This document shows, in pieces, positions 29,586 through 38,801 of a DNA stretch of 64,000 nt. Location: the NCBI GenBank assembly GCA_963665325.3, contig CAXXWS020000003.1, positions 384,001-448,000 of the forward strand, in the 5' to 3' direction. The notes under the pieces are model-generated. The model searched no databases. It had not been told where the DNA came from and saw only the letters and a list, made by a program, of their open reading frames with translations. The position numbers and the translations under genes were made by a program. Numbering within the stretch: the stretch's first letter is position 1; the number at the start of each line of letters is the position of its first letter. Origin of the DNA: Alphaproteobacteria bacterium. Its GTDB lineage: Bacteria > Pseudomonadota > Alphaproteobacteria > Bin95.

Positions 29586-30586
29586 GGCGCCTCCTGCACG
29601 ATCCGGCGCAAGGCAGCAACATGCTCAGGCGGCGTCATCGGCAGCACGCCATGGCCGAGATTGAAGATATGCGGACCTTGCCGGAATGCTGACAGGATTT
29701 TCCGCGCGGCCCGTTCCATGGCATCGCCGCCGATGACCAGAAGCATGGGATCGAGATTGCCCTGAACGGCGGCCTGCCCCTGCACAGCGCCGACCGCCCA
29801 GGTCGGGTCCGCAACTGTGTCGAGGCCGACGCAATCGGCAACCCCGCCGAATTCCGCCGCAAGCATACCTGCACCGCGCGGAAAGAGGATCAGCGGCACG
29901 GAAGGATGTCGTTCCCTGAGTGCCGCCGCAATCCGCCGTGCCGGTTCGAGACACCAGCGCCTGATGCCCGTGGGCGGCAGCAGCCCTGCCCAGCTGTCGA
30001 ACAATTGCAGTACTTCCGCGCCTGCCTCCGCCTGCGCCGACAGGTGATCGATCGTGACTTCGACGAGAATGTCCACCAGATCGCCGAAACGCTTCGGCTG
30101 TCCGAGCGCCATCTGCCGGACCTGCAGCCAGTCGCGGCTGGACCCTCCCTCGACCATGTAAGCCGCCACTGTCCAGGGCGCCCCGGCGAAGCCGATCAGC
30201 GCCACACCTTCGGGCAGGCTTGCGCGTACCAACCTCACGGCCTCATAGACGGCGTCGAGCCGGCCGCCGGCAGGTTGCAATGCGCCGGGATCGAGTGGCC
30301 CGAGAACGGGTCCTCTGCCCTCAACGAACTTCACTTCCTGGCCCATCGCATAGGGTACGGTCAGGATATCCGAAAACAGGATCGCCGCGTCTGTCCCGAA
30401 GCGGCGCACAGGCTGCAACGTGACCTCGGCTGCAAGCGCCGGGGAGAAACAGAGATCGAGAAAGCTACCTGCCGAAGTGCGGAGATTCCGGTATTCCGGC
30501 AGGTAGCGGCCGGCCTGGCGCATAAGCCAGAAGGGCGCCGGGCGCACGGCTTGGCCGGCAAGAGCTCGAAGGAGAGGTTTGTCCAT
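29582..30586 (-). CDS. hemE: Uroporphyrinogen decarboxylase
   Basis: WLMRQAGRYLPEY, AILFSDIL, QGNLDP and FNLGHG. Confidence 0.96.
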   Translation of the reverse strand: MDKPLLRALAGQAVRPAPFWLMRQAGRYLPEYRNLRTSAGSFLDLCFSPALAAEVTLQPVRRFGTDAAILFSDILTVPYAMGQEVKFVEGRGPVLGPLDPGALQPAGGRLDAVYEAVRLVRASLPEGVALIGFAGAPWTVAAYMVEGGSSRDWLQVRQMALGQPKRFGDLVDILVEVTIDHLSAQAEAGAEVLQLFDSWAGLLPPTGIRRWCLEPARRIAAALRERHPSVPLILFPRGAGMLAAEFGGVADCVGLDTVADPTWAVGAVQGQAAVQGNLDPMLLVIGGDAMERAARKILSAFRQGPHIFNLGHGVLPMTPPEHVAALRRIVQEAP

Positions 30587-30599
30587 GCCGGCCGGCGGT

Positions 30600-30852
30600 G
30601 TTTCCTTAACCGAGTACAAGAGATTCTGAATTATTGTTGTTTCTATATAGCCGCTCCTGGCTGTGGAAACAGGTGTTATCCCCCTCCCGGTTTGCGATGG
30701 AGCTGCGGTCGGTTGGGTTAGCTCGCGTTATCCACGGGATTGAACTTGTCCTTTTCCGCCTGGGGAAGGTTTTTGGGCGCGGCGGGAGAGTCGGGTGTGT
30801 TATCAGTTGAGACTTGTTCTGCACCGCTTTTCCCCGGAGGTTTCGTGGATAA
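30600..30852. other. Putative chromosomal replication origin (oriC)
   Basis: AT-rich tract 30621-30650; DnaA-box-like sites tgtggaaac (30662), ttatccccc (30676), ttatccacg (30728) and cgtggataa (30844); GANTC at 30622 and 30788; located between hemE and the ppsR-maf-aroE-coaE-dnaQ operon. Confidence 0.8.
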
Positions 30853-31675
30853 TCCGGTCGTTCACCTGCATCTGGTCTCCGATGCGACGGGCGAGACCGT
30901 GCGCACGCTTGGTCGGGCCTGCGTCAGCCAGTTCGACGGCATTACGGTCAGGGAACATTTCTGGGTGCTCATCCGCAACAGGGACCAGCTTCTGGGCGTG
31001 ATCGAGAGCATTCGGGCGGCGCCGGGGGTGGTTCTGGCAACGGTCGTCAACGACCAGCTCCGCGATCTTCTCGAGGTTGCCTGCCGGGAAGCCGGCGCGC
31101 CCTTCGTCTCGCTGCTTGACGAGCCGGTTACTGCTATCAGCGAATGGGCGGGGCGCCCGGCGCATCACCGGCCTGGACGCCGCCAGAAACTCGACGACAG
31201 GTATTTCGCGCGTATAGACGCCATGCAGTTCACTATGGCGCATGATGACGGCCAGATGGGCGAGGACCTCGACGAGGCGGACGTCGTCGTTATCGGCGTG
31301 TCACGTAGTTCGAAGACCCCGACCTGCATTTATCTTGCTAATCTGGGCTACAAGGCGGCCAATGTGCCCTTTGTGCCGGAAGTGCCGCTTCCCCGGCAGG
31401 TTCTGGAGTTGGCGCGCCCGCTTGTCGTGGGCCTGACGGTCGATCCCGGGCGGCTGGTGCAGGTTCGCCGCAACCGGCTGCGCTCGCTGCACGAGCAGCG
31501 CGAGACGAACTATGTGGATATCGAGCGTGTCCGCATGGAGGTCACCGAATCCCGGCGCCTGTTTGCCGAGAAGGGCTGGCCGTCCATCGACGTCACCCGC
31601 CGGTCGATTGAGGAAACCGCAGCCGGCATAATCCGCCTGCTGGAAGAGCGCACGCATGACGCCGCCACCGGCTGA
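30845..31675 (+). CDS. Pyruvate phosphate/water dikinase regulatory kinase-pyrophosphorylase (DUF299)
   Basis: HLVSDATGET, HDDG, GVSRSSKTPT and DVTRRSIEETA; GTG start after GGAGG. Confidence 0.93.
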   Translation: MDNPVVHLHLVSDATGETVRTLGRACVSQFDGITVREHFWVLIRNRDQLLGVIESIRAAPGVVLATVVNDQLRDLLEVACREAGAPFVSLLDEPVTAISEWAGRPAHHRPGRRQKLDDRYFARIDAMQFTMAHDDGQMGEDLDEADVVVIGVSRSSKTPTCIYLANLGYKAANVPFVPEVPLPRQVLELARPLVVGLTVDPGRLVQVRRNRLRSLHEQRETNYVDIERVRMEVTESRRLFAEKGWPSIDVTRRSIEETAAGIIRLLEERTHDAATG

Positions 31676-32267
31676 ACCCCCCATTCTGGCTTCAGCGAGC
31701 GCAGTGCGGGGGCGTTTGCTTGCTGCCGCTGGCGTCGAGGTCCAGCAAATGGCTTCGGGCGCAGATGAGGAAGAGTTGAAGGCCGAACTCGGCGGGCTCG
31801 ACCACGATTCCCTGGCGCTTGCGCTTGCGGAGGCAAAAGCCATGGCAGTTTCGGCGGGGCATCCAGAACGGTTGGTGCTGGGAGCCGACCAATTGCTCGT
31901 CATGGGCGACCAGCGCTTCGACAAGCCACGCGACCGCGGCCAGGCAGCCGCGCACCTGGCCGCGTTTTCGGGCCGGGCGCATGAGTTGGTGACGGCGGCC
32001 GTCGCCCTGCGCGGCGGCGGTGTTCTCTGGCGGTGGGTAGACCGGGCGCGGATCCATGTCCGACCCCTGAGCAGCGCCACGATAGGCGCCTATCTGGATG
32101 CGGTCGGACCGGCAGCGCTCACTTCGGTCGGCGCTTACCAGTTCGAAGGGCGGGGCGCGCAGTTGTTCGAGCGGGTGACGGGCGATTTTTTCACCGTGCT
32201 GGGCCTGCCGCTCCTGCCGCTCCTCGAATTTCTGCGCAGCGAAGGAGTGCCGGAATGGGCATGCTGA
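31656..32267 (+). CDS. maf: Maf family nucleoside triphosphate pyrophosphatase
   Basis: ILASAS..R, LGADQ, SVGAYQFEG and GLPLLPLL. Confidence 0.92.
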   Translation: MTPPPAEPPILASASAVRGRLLAAAGVEVQQMASGADEEELKAELGGLDHDSLALALAEAKAMAVSAGHPERLVLGADQLLVMGDQRFDKPRDRGQAAAHLAAFSGRAHELVTAAVALRGGGVLWRWVDRARIHVRPLSSATIGAYLDAVGPAALTSVGAYQFEGRGAQLFERVTGDFFTVLGLPLLPLLEFLRSEGVPEWAC

Positions 32268-33094
32268 CCGGGGCGGCGAAGGTGGCCGGCATCATGGGCT
32301 GGCCGGTCTCGCATTCGCGCTCGCCGGCTATCCACGGCCACTGGCTCGCACGCTATGGCATAGACGGCGCCTATATCCCGTTCTCCGTGCGCCCCGAAGA
32401 CGGCTACGATGCCATCCGCATGCTGCCGCGGCTGGGCTTCTCCGGCACCAATGTCACCCTGCCGCACAAAGAAACCGCGCTCCGGGCGGTGGACGAAGCG
32501 GACCCGGTCGCCCGGCGCATCGGCGCGGTCAACACCGTGGTTGCTCGCGAGAACGGCTCGCTGCATGGCAGCAACACTGATGCTTACGGCTTTCTGGAGC
32601 ATCTCCGCGCGTCTGCGCCGGAATGGCGTCCGGGCATCGCGGTCGTGCTGGGCGCGGGGGGTTCGGCGCGGGCGGTCTCGGCAGCGCTCGTCGATGCGGG
32701 GGCATCGGAGGTGCGGCTTGCCAACCGCACGGCGGAGCGCGCCGGCAGGGTCGCAGAGGAAATCGGCGGGCCGGTCGTTGCGGTGGCGTGGGACGAGCGA
32801 AATACGGCGCTCGACGGGGCGGGTCTCCTGGTCAACACGACAAGTCTTGGCATGGCGGGCAGCCCGCCGCTGGAGATCGCGCTGGATGCGCTGCCGGACG
32901 GCGCGGTTGTGAACGACATCGTCTATGTGCCGCTGGAAACGCCGCTGCTCGCCGCCGCGCGCCGGCGGGGCCTAGCTGCCGTGGACGGGCTCGGCATGCT
33001 GCTGCACCAGGCGCGGCCCGGCTTCTCTGCCTGGTTCGGCACCGATCCCGAAGTGGACGATGCGCTCCGCGAGAGTGTGCTGGCGGGACTATGA
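32261..33094 (+). CDS. aroE: Shikimate dehydrogenase
   Basis: HSRSP, NVTLPHK, GAVNT, NTD, GAGG and DGLGMLLHQA. Confidence 0.95.
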   Translation: MLTGAAKVAGIMGWPVSHSRSPAIHGHWLARYGIDGAYIPFSVRPEDGYDAIRMLPRLGFSGTNVTLPHKETALRAVDEADPVARRIGAVNTVVARENGSLHGSNTDAYGFLEHLRASAPEWRPGIAVVLGAGGSARAVSAALVDAGASEVRLANRTAERAGRVAEEIGGPVVAVAWDERNTALDGAGLLVNTTSLGMAGSPPLEIALDALPDGAVVNDIVYVPLETPLLAAARRRGLAAVDGLGMLLHQARPGFSAWFGTDPEVDDALRESVLAGL

Positions 33095-33768
33095 GGCGCC
33101 GGCGCACACGCCCCCGCGTCATCGGCCTCACCGGCTCCATCGGCATGGGCAAGAGCACCGCGGCCGCCATGTTGCGCGAGGCGGGGCTGCCGGTTTTCGA
33201 CGCCGACGCCGAAGTGCACCGCCTGATGGCGCGGGGCGGCGCGGCGGTGGCGGCCATAGACGCGGCATTTCCGGGCACAATTTGCGGCGGCGCGGTCAAC
33301 CGGCGCGCACTCGGCGACCGGGTCTTCGCGGACACCGAAAAGCTCCGGCAGTTGGAGCGCATCGTGCACCCACTGGTCGGGCGGGCCGAACGCGCCTTCC
33401 TGCGCCGTGCCGCGCGCGAGCGCAGGCGGGCCGTCGTGCGCGATGTGCCGCTGCTTTTCGAGACGGGCGGCGAGAAACGCTGCGACTGGACCGTCGTGGT
33501 CTCGGCGCCGGCGCATATTCAAGCTGCGCGCGTGCTGGCCCGTCCGGGCGTCACCCGGGAGCTTCTCGAATCTGTGCGTGCAAAACAGACGCCCGATGCG
33601 GAAAAGCGCAAGCGGGCCGATGTCGTGATTCCGACCGGGGTCGGACGCCGCCTGACTCGCGACCGACTCAAAGCCATGCTGCGCCGGCGGCGCCAACGCC
33701 GCCATTCGAAACGTTCGCCGCGTATAGCGCGGCGGCGGATCGGCAAGTGGAGAAGGCCCAATGCGTGA
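33091..33768 (+). CDS. coaE: Dephospho-CoA kinase
   Basis: GLTGSIGMGKST, LERIVHPLV and DVPLLFE. Confidence 0.94.
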   Translation: MRRRRTRPRVIGLTGSIGMGKSTAAAMLREAGLPVFDADAEVHRLMARGGAAVAAIDAAFPGTICGGAVNRRALGDRVFADTEKLRQLERIVHPLVGRAERAFLRRAARERRRAVVRDVPLLFETGGEKRCDWTVVVSAPAHIQAARVLARPGVTRELLESVRAKQTPDAEKRKRADVVIPTGVGRRLTRDRLKAMLRRRRQRRHSKRSPRIARRRIGKWRRPNA

Positions 33769-34438
33769 AATCGTCCTCGACACCGAGACCACCGGGCTCT
33801 CTCCGGAGGAGGGAGACCGCGTCGTGGAGATCGGCGCGCTGGAGCTGTTCCACCGCGTTCCGACGGGGGAGGTCTGGCACAGCTACATCAATCCCGAACG
33901 CGACATGCCGGCCGAGGCATACCGGATCCATGAGCTGTCGGCGGAGTTCCTGTCGGACAAGCCGCGTTTCGCGGAGATCGCGGAGGGGTTCCTGGAATTC
34001 ATCGCCGATGCGCCGCTGGTGATCCATAATGCGCCGTTCGACGCGGGGTTTCTCAACGCCGAATTCGCCCGCCTCGGCCTCCCGCCGCTCGCCGGGGAGC
34101 GGCTGGTCGATACGCTGCAGATGGCGCGCAAACGGTTCGCGGGCGCTCCGAACAGCCTGGATGCGCTCTGCACGCGGTTCGAGATCGACAAGTCGGAACG
34201 CACGCTGCATGGCGCACTGGTCGATTGCCGCTTGCTGGCGGAGGTCTATCTGCACCTGACCGGCGGCCGCCAGCCGGGCCTCGCATTCCAGGCCGGGGCC
34301 GGCTCTACCGCGATGGACGGGCAGCCGCAGGGCAGCGGCCCGTTCCGTCCGCCACGCCCGCATGCGCCGACACCGGAGGAACTTGCAGCTCACAAGGCGT
34401 TCCTCGCCGGCATCAAGGACCCCGTCTGGCTGGATTGA
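33761..34438 (+). CDS. dnaQ: DNA polymerase III epsilon subunit
   Basis: VLDTETTG, HNAPFD and LHGALVD. Confidence 0.96.
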   Translation: MREIVLDTETTGLSPEEGDRVVEIGALELFHRVPTGEVWHSYINPERDMPAEAYRIHELSAEFLSDKPRFAEIAEGFLEFIADAPLVIHNAPFDAGFLNAEFARLGLPPLAGERLVDTLQMARKRFAGAPNSLDALCTRFEIDKSERTLHGALVDCRLLAEVYLHLTGGRQPGLAFQAGAGSTAMDGQPQGSGPFRPPRPHAPTPEELAAHKAFLAGIKDPVWLD

Positions 34439-34483
34439 CGAAAGGCTTGCCGCGAGGCAGCGAAAACGACTAGCTTCACCGCC

Positions 34484-34516
34484 ATGGTTCACCGGCTCCG
34501 ACGACGACGCGGCTGA
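34484..34516 (+). promoter_or_regulatory. Putative Arg-rich leader peptide (MVHRLRRRRG) of a translational attenuator
   Basis: ATG GTT CAC CGG CTC CGA CGA CGA CGC GGC TGA; -10-like TAGCTT 7 nt upstream; complementary to the GNAT ribosome-binding site. Confidence 0.6.
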
Positions 34517-34575
34517 ACCGGCCGGACACGCTCCGGCCGGCGTCGCCGTCACGTCCGTCCGGGAGCCGTCCGACC

Positions 34576-35106
34576 ATGTGTCCATTCCAGATTTCTCCGC
34601 TCGAATCCGCCGACCGGCCCGCTGTGGAAGCGCTGCTCGACCGGGTGTTCGGGCAAGACCGCAGGATCCGGTCCTCCTACCGCCTCCGCGCCGGTAACCG
34701 GCCGTGCCCGGGCCTTTCCTTTGCGGCGCGGATGGACGGCCGGCTTGTCGGCAGCGTGGAGCAAACGCCGGTTGCGGTCGGGGGCGCAGGCGCCCGGTCA
34801 ATGCTGCTCGGGCCGCTCGCGGTGGAACCGGAGCTTCGCGGCCGGGGGATCGGCCGCGCCCTCATGCGCCGGACGCTCGACGCCGCGCGCGCCGCCGGCG
34901 AGGCCCATATTTTCCTGATCGGCGAGCGCACCTATTACGCGGCGCTCGGCTTCGGCCCGGCGGAAGCGGTCGGCGTTTCGGTCGCAGACGAACCGGCCGA
35001 CCGCGTCCAGCACATGACCCTTGCCCCGGACACTCCCGCACCGCGAGGCGAGCTTCACCCATGGGACCGGTCGTGCGCTGGAAGCGACACAGGAGCGGCG
35101 CGATAG
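34576..35106 (+). CDS. GNAT family N-acetyltransferase (YhbS-like)
   Basis: LLGPLAVEPELRGRGIGRALM acetyl-CoA motif and YYAALGF. Confidence 0.9.
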   Translation: MCPFQISPLESADRPAVEALLDRVFGQDRRIRSSYRLRAGNRPCPGLSFAARMDGRLVGSVEQTPVAVGGAGARSMLLGPLAVEPELRGRGIGRALMRRTLDAARAAGEAHIFLIGERTYYAALGFGPAEAVGVSVADEPADRVQHMTLAPDTPAPRGELHPWDRSCAGSDTGAAR

Positions 35107-35125
35107 TGTATGTTTCCACGCAGCC

Positions 35126-35839
35126 ATGGCCGGAACGCCGACACGCTTCTCGCCTGAGGGCGATATCGACGCCTTCCTCGAAAAGGCGACCCGGACTGCG
35201 CGTCCTGGCGGCGGCGGGCGGCTGATCTTCGCGCTCGACGCCACCGCCAGCCGCGAGCCGACCTGGGACCGGGCGAGCCACCTTCAGGCGGAAATGTTCC
35301 AGACCGCCGCGGCGCTGGGCGGGCTGGAGGTCCAGCTCGTCTTCTATCGCGGCTTCAGGGAATGCAAGGCGAGCGGCTGGGTCCGCAATGCCAATGACCT
35401 GTTGAAACGGATGCTGCAGATCCGCTGTTACGGAGGCCTGACGCAGATCGGCCGGGTGCTGACCCACGCCGCCAAGGAGACGAACAAGCGCAAGGTCGAT
35501 GCGCTGGTATTCGTCGGTGACGCATTCGAGGAGGATATCGACCGCGTCTCGCATGAGGCCGGGAAGCTCGGCATGCTCGGTACCCCGGCGTTCCTGTTCC
35601 AGGAAGGCGGCGACCCGCTGGCGACGCGCGGCTTCAACGAGATCGCGCGGCTGACCGGCGGCGCCTGCTGCCGTTTCGACACCGGGAGCGCCGAGCAGCT
35701 GCGCGCCCTGCTGCGCGCGGTGGCGGCGTTCGCAGCCGGCGGCCGGGCCGCTCTGACATCGCTGCCCGGCAGTGCGGCGAAACAATTGGCTGGACAGATG
35801 AAGGCCCTGCCGGGCGCCCGGAGGGGTCGCCGGAAGTGA
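35126..35839 (+). CDS. VWA-domain protein
   Basis: LIFALDATASRE (MIDAS-like DxTxS), GGLTQI and VFVGDAFEE. Confidence 0.85.
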   Translation: MAGTPTRFSPEGDIDAFLEKATRTARPGGGGRLIFALDATASREPTWDRASHLQAEMFQTAAALGGLEVQLVFYRGFRECKASGWVRNANDLLKRMLQIRCYGGLTQIGRVLTHAAKETNKRKVDALVFVGDAFEEDIDRVSHEAGKLGMLGTPAFLFQEGGDPLATRGFNEIARLTGGACCRFDTGSAEQLRALLRAVAAFAAGGRAALTSLPGSAAKQLAGQMKALPGARRGRRK

Positions 35840-36534
35840 TCGGCGTTGTCGTCCTGGTCCTGGCGCTGCTGGTGTGCCTGCCGTTGCTGGCGCGCTGGGC
35901 CGCAAATGCCGACCCGAGAGTGCTTCTGCGCGTGCTCAGGCTGGCGGCGGCCCTCGTCATGGGCGCGGCCATCGTCCTGTTGCTGGTGTTCGGCCGGGGC
36001 CTCGTTCTGGGCCTGTTGGCGCCGCTGCTGTTCGGCCTGTTCATGCAGTGGCGGCGCGCGCGCAACATGGCGAAGACCGCGCGCGGGCCGACGCCCGGCA
36101 AGGGCTCGGAGGTGCAGACCCGCTTCCTCGCCATGCGTCTCGACCACGATAGCGGGGCCATGCACGGGCGCGTCATAGACGGACCCCATGCCGGCGCGAG
36201 CCTGGACCGGCTGAACGACGGCGAACTCATGGACCTGCTGCGCTTCTACACCGGCAACGACCCCCGCTCGGCCCAGCTTCTGGAAAGCTGGCTGGACCGC
36301 GAAGGGCCGGAGAACTGGCGCGACATGGCCTCGGGCGAGGCACCGGCCGCAAGCGGGGCCGGCATGAGCCGCAGCGAAGCCTACAAGGTGCTCGGCCTCA
36401 ATCCCGGGGCGGCGGCGGCCGAAATCCGCGCGGCGCACCGCCGGCTGATGCGCGAATACCACCCGGACCGGGGCGGCTCGACATTCTTCGCCGCGCAAAT
36501 AAACCAGGCCAAGGATATATTGCTGGAGTCCTGA
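35836..36534 (+). CDS. Membrane protein with C-terminal J domain
   Basis: N-terminal TM helices and EAYKVLGL...YHPDRGGS...INQAKD; GTGA-coupled to the VWA gene. Confidence 0.88.
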   Translation: MIGVVVLVLALLVCLPLLARWAANADPRVLLRVLRLAAALVMGAAIVLLLVFGRGLVLGLLAPLLFGLFMQWRRARNMAKTARGPTPGKGSEVQTRFLAMRLDHDSGAMHGRVIDGPHAGASLDRLNDGELMDLLRFYTGNDPRSAQLLESWLDREGPENWRDMASGEAPAASGAGMSRSEAYKVLGLNPGAAAAEIRAAHRRLMREYHPDRGGSTFFAAQINQAKDILLES

Positions 36535-36578
36535 GGCGCAGGGCTCGCGCATGCGGGGGAATGAAGGGGCGTTCATCC

Positions 36579-37448
36579 ATGACGCAACCGGTCAAGACGG
36601 CGGTCATTCCGGCGGGAGGGCTCGGCACACGGTTCCTGCCGGCTACCAAGGCTGTGCCGAAGGAAATGCTTCCCGTGGTGGACAAGCCGCTGATCCAGTA
36701 TGCGGTCGAGGAGGCGCAGGCGGCCGGGATCGAGTCCTTCGTGTTCGTGACCACGCGCGGCAAGGCGGCCATGGAGGACCATTTCGACCTCGCTACGGAA
36801 CTGGATGAGGTGCTGGCGGCGGACGGCAAGGAGGAGTTGCGCGCGGCGGCCTCCGCTATGGTGCCGGCGGCGGGCGCGGTCGTGCATGTCCGCCAGCAGG
36901 CGCCGCTCGGCCTCGGCCATGCGGTCTGGTGCGCGCGCCATGTGGTCGGCGATGCGCCGTTCGCCGTGCTGCTGCCCGACGATCTCGTGCTCTCCGAACG
37001 GCCCTGCCTTGCCCAGCTTCTCGACGTCCACCGCGCGCATGGCGGCAATGTCGCCGCAGTCATGGACGTGCCGCGCGAGGAGACCGTCCGTTACGGCGTG
37101 CTGGACGTGGTGGAAGATGATGGGCGGCTGGCCTCGGTGCGGGGCCTGGTCGAGAAGCCGGCTCCGGCCGACGCACCCTCGACGCTCGCCATCGTGGGCC
37201 GCTATGTGCTCGACCCCTCGGTGCTCACCGCGCTCGACGATCAGGAAACCGGCGCCGGCGGCGAAATCCAGTTGACCGACGCCATGGCGCGCACGGTCGG
37301 CGATGTGCCCTTCCACGGCCTTCGCTTCGAGGGAAGGCGATACGACTGCGGCGACAAGTTGGGCTTCCTCGAAGCGAATATCGCTTGCGCGCTCGCGAGA
37401 CCCGATCTTGCGCCGGCGGCTAGGGAAATCCTGGCCCGCTTCGTCTGA
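36579..37448 (+). CDS. galU: UTP-glucose-1-phosphate uridylyltransferase
   Basis: GGLGTRFLPATKAVPKEMLP, VEKP and GEIQLTDA. Confidence 0.95.
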   Translation: MTQPVKTAVIPAGGLGTRFLPATKAVPKEMLPVVDKPLIQYAVEEAQAAGIESFVFVTTRGKAAMEDHFDLATELDEVLAADGKEELRAAASAMVPAAGAVVHVRQQAPLGLGHAVWCARHVVGDAPFAVLLPDDLVLSERPCLAQLLDVHRAHGGNVAAVMDVPREETVRYGVLDVVEDDGRLASVRGLVEKPAPADAPSTLAIVGRYVLDPSVLTALDDQETGAGGEIQLTDAMARTVGDVPFHGLRFEGRRYDCGDKLGFLEANIACALARPDLAPAAREILARFV

Positions 37449-37487
37449 AGCAGCGGCCGGCACCGGGAAGGCGGCGGGGGAAAGGAC

Positions 37488-38801
37488 ATGCGCATTGCGA
37501 TGGTGGGCGCGGGCTATGTCGGCCTGGTAACGGGCTCCTGTTTCTCCGAGTTCGGCACGGATGTGGTCTGCGTGGACAAGGACGCGGACCGGATCCGGGC
37601 GCTCAGGCAAGGCGACATGCCGATCTTCGAACCGGGTCTCGACGATCTGGTGGCGCGCAATGTCGACGCGGGCCGCCTGTCCTTTACGACCGACCTCGAA
37701 GAGGCCGTCGGTGAAGCGGATGTCGTGTTCATCGCCGTCGGTACGCCGAGTCGGCGCGGCGACGGCCATGCGGACCTGAGTTTCGTCTTCGAAGCGGCGC
37801 GGGAGGTCGCGGCGGCGGTTCGGGGCTATACCGTGCTGGTGACCAAATCGACGGTGCCCGTCGGGACAGGTGCGCGCGTTGCGGAGATTGCCGGGCAATT
37901 GCGGCCGGACACCGAGATCGATGTCGTCTCCAACCCTGAATTCCTGCGCGAGGGCGCAGCGATCGAGGACTTTATGCGCCCCGACCGGGTGGTGATCGGC
38001 GCGGAGACCGACCGCGCCCGCGCCGCGATGCAGGAACTCTATCGGCCGCTCTTCCTGCGCGAGACGCCGATCCTGTTCACCGACCGCGAGACGGCGGAGC
38101 TGACCAAATACGCCGCCAATGCCTTCCTCGCGGTCAAGATCACCTTCATCAACGAGATCGCCGACCTTTGCGAGCGCGTGGGCGCGGACGTGCAGGACGT
38201 GGCGCGCGGCATGGGGCTCGACCGGCGCATTGGCGACAAGTTCCTGCATCCCGGCCCCGGCTACGGAGGCTCCTGTTTCCCGAAGGACACGCTGGCGTTG
38301 ACCCGGACGGCAAGCGATGCCGGTACGCCCGTGCGCTTGGTGGAAACGGCCGCCGCGGTCAACGAGGACCGCAAGCGCGCCATGACCGGGCGGGTAATGG
38401 AGGCGCTCGGCGGCGATGCGGCGGGCAAGACGGTCGCCGTGCTGGGCCTCGCCTTCAAGCCCAATACGGATGACATGCGCGAGGCGCCGAGCCTGGAACT
38501 GGTGCCGGCGCTGCAGGCGGCCGGGGCGGCGGTGCGCGCCTACGACCCGCAGGCGATGGCAACGGCCGGCCCGCTGCTGCCCGGCGTGACATGGTGCGCG
38601 GACGTTTACGAGGCGGCGGCCGGGGCCGATTGCGCGGTGCTGCTGACCGAATGGAACGAATTCCGCGGGGTGAACTTGGACCGGCTGCGGGCCGCGATGG
38701 CTGCGCCAGCGATAGTGGACCTCCGCAATGTGTACAAACCGGCGGAAATGGCAGCCGCAGGTTTCGCCTATCGCGGCATTGGAAAAGGGCGGACGACGTG
38801 A
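37488..38801 (+). CDS. ugd: UDP-glucose 6-dehydrogenase
   Basis: [25 protein letters not shown] and [10 protein letters not shown]. Confidence 0.95.
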   Translation: MRIAMVGAGYVGLVTGSCFSEFGTDVVCVDKDADRIRALRQGDMPIFEPGLDDLVARNVDAGRLSFTTDLEEAVGEADVVFIAVGTPSRRGDGHADLSFVFEAAREVAAAVRGYTVLVTKSTVPVGTGARVAEIAGQLRPDTEIDVVSNPEFLREGAAIEDFMRPDRVVIGAETDRARAAMQELYRPLFLRETPILFTDRETAELTKYAANAFLAVKITFINEIADLCERVGADVQDVARGMGLDRRIGDKFLHPGPGYGGSCFPKDTLALTRTASDAGTPVRLVETAAAVNEDRKRAMTGRVMEALGGDAAGKTVAVLGLAFKPNTDDMREAPSLELVPALQAAGAAVRAYDPQAMATAGPLLPGVTWCADVYEAAAGADCAVLLTEWNEFRGVNLDRLRAAMAAPAIVDLRNVYKPAEMAAAGFAYRGIGKGRTT

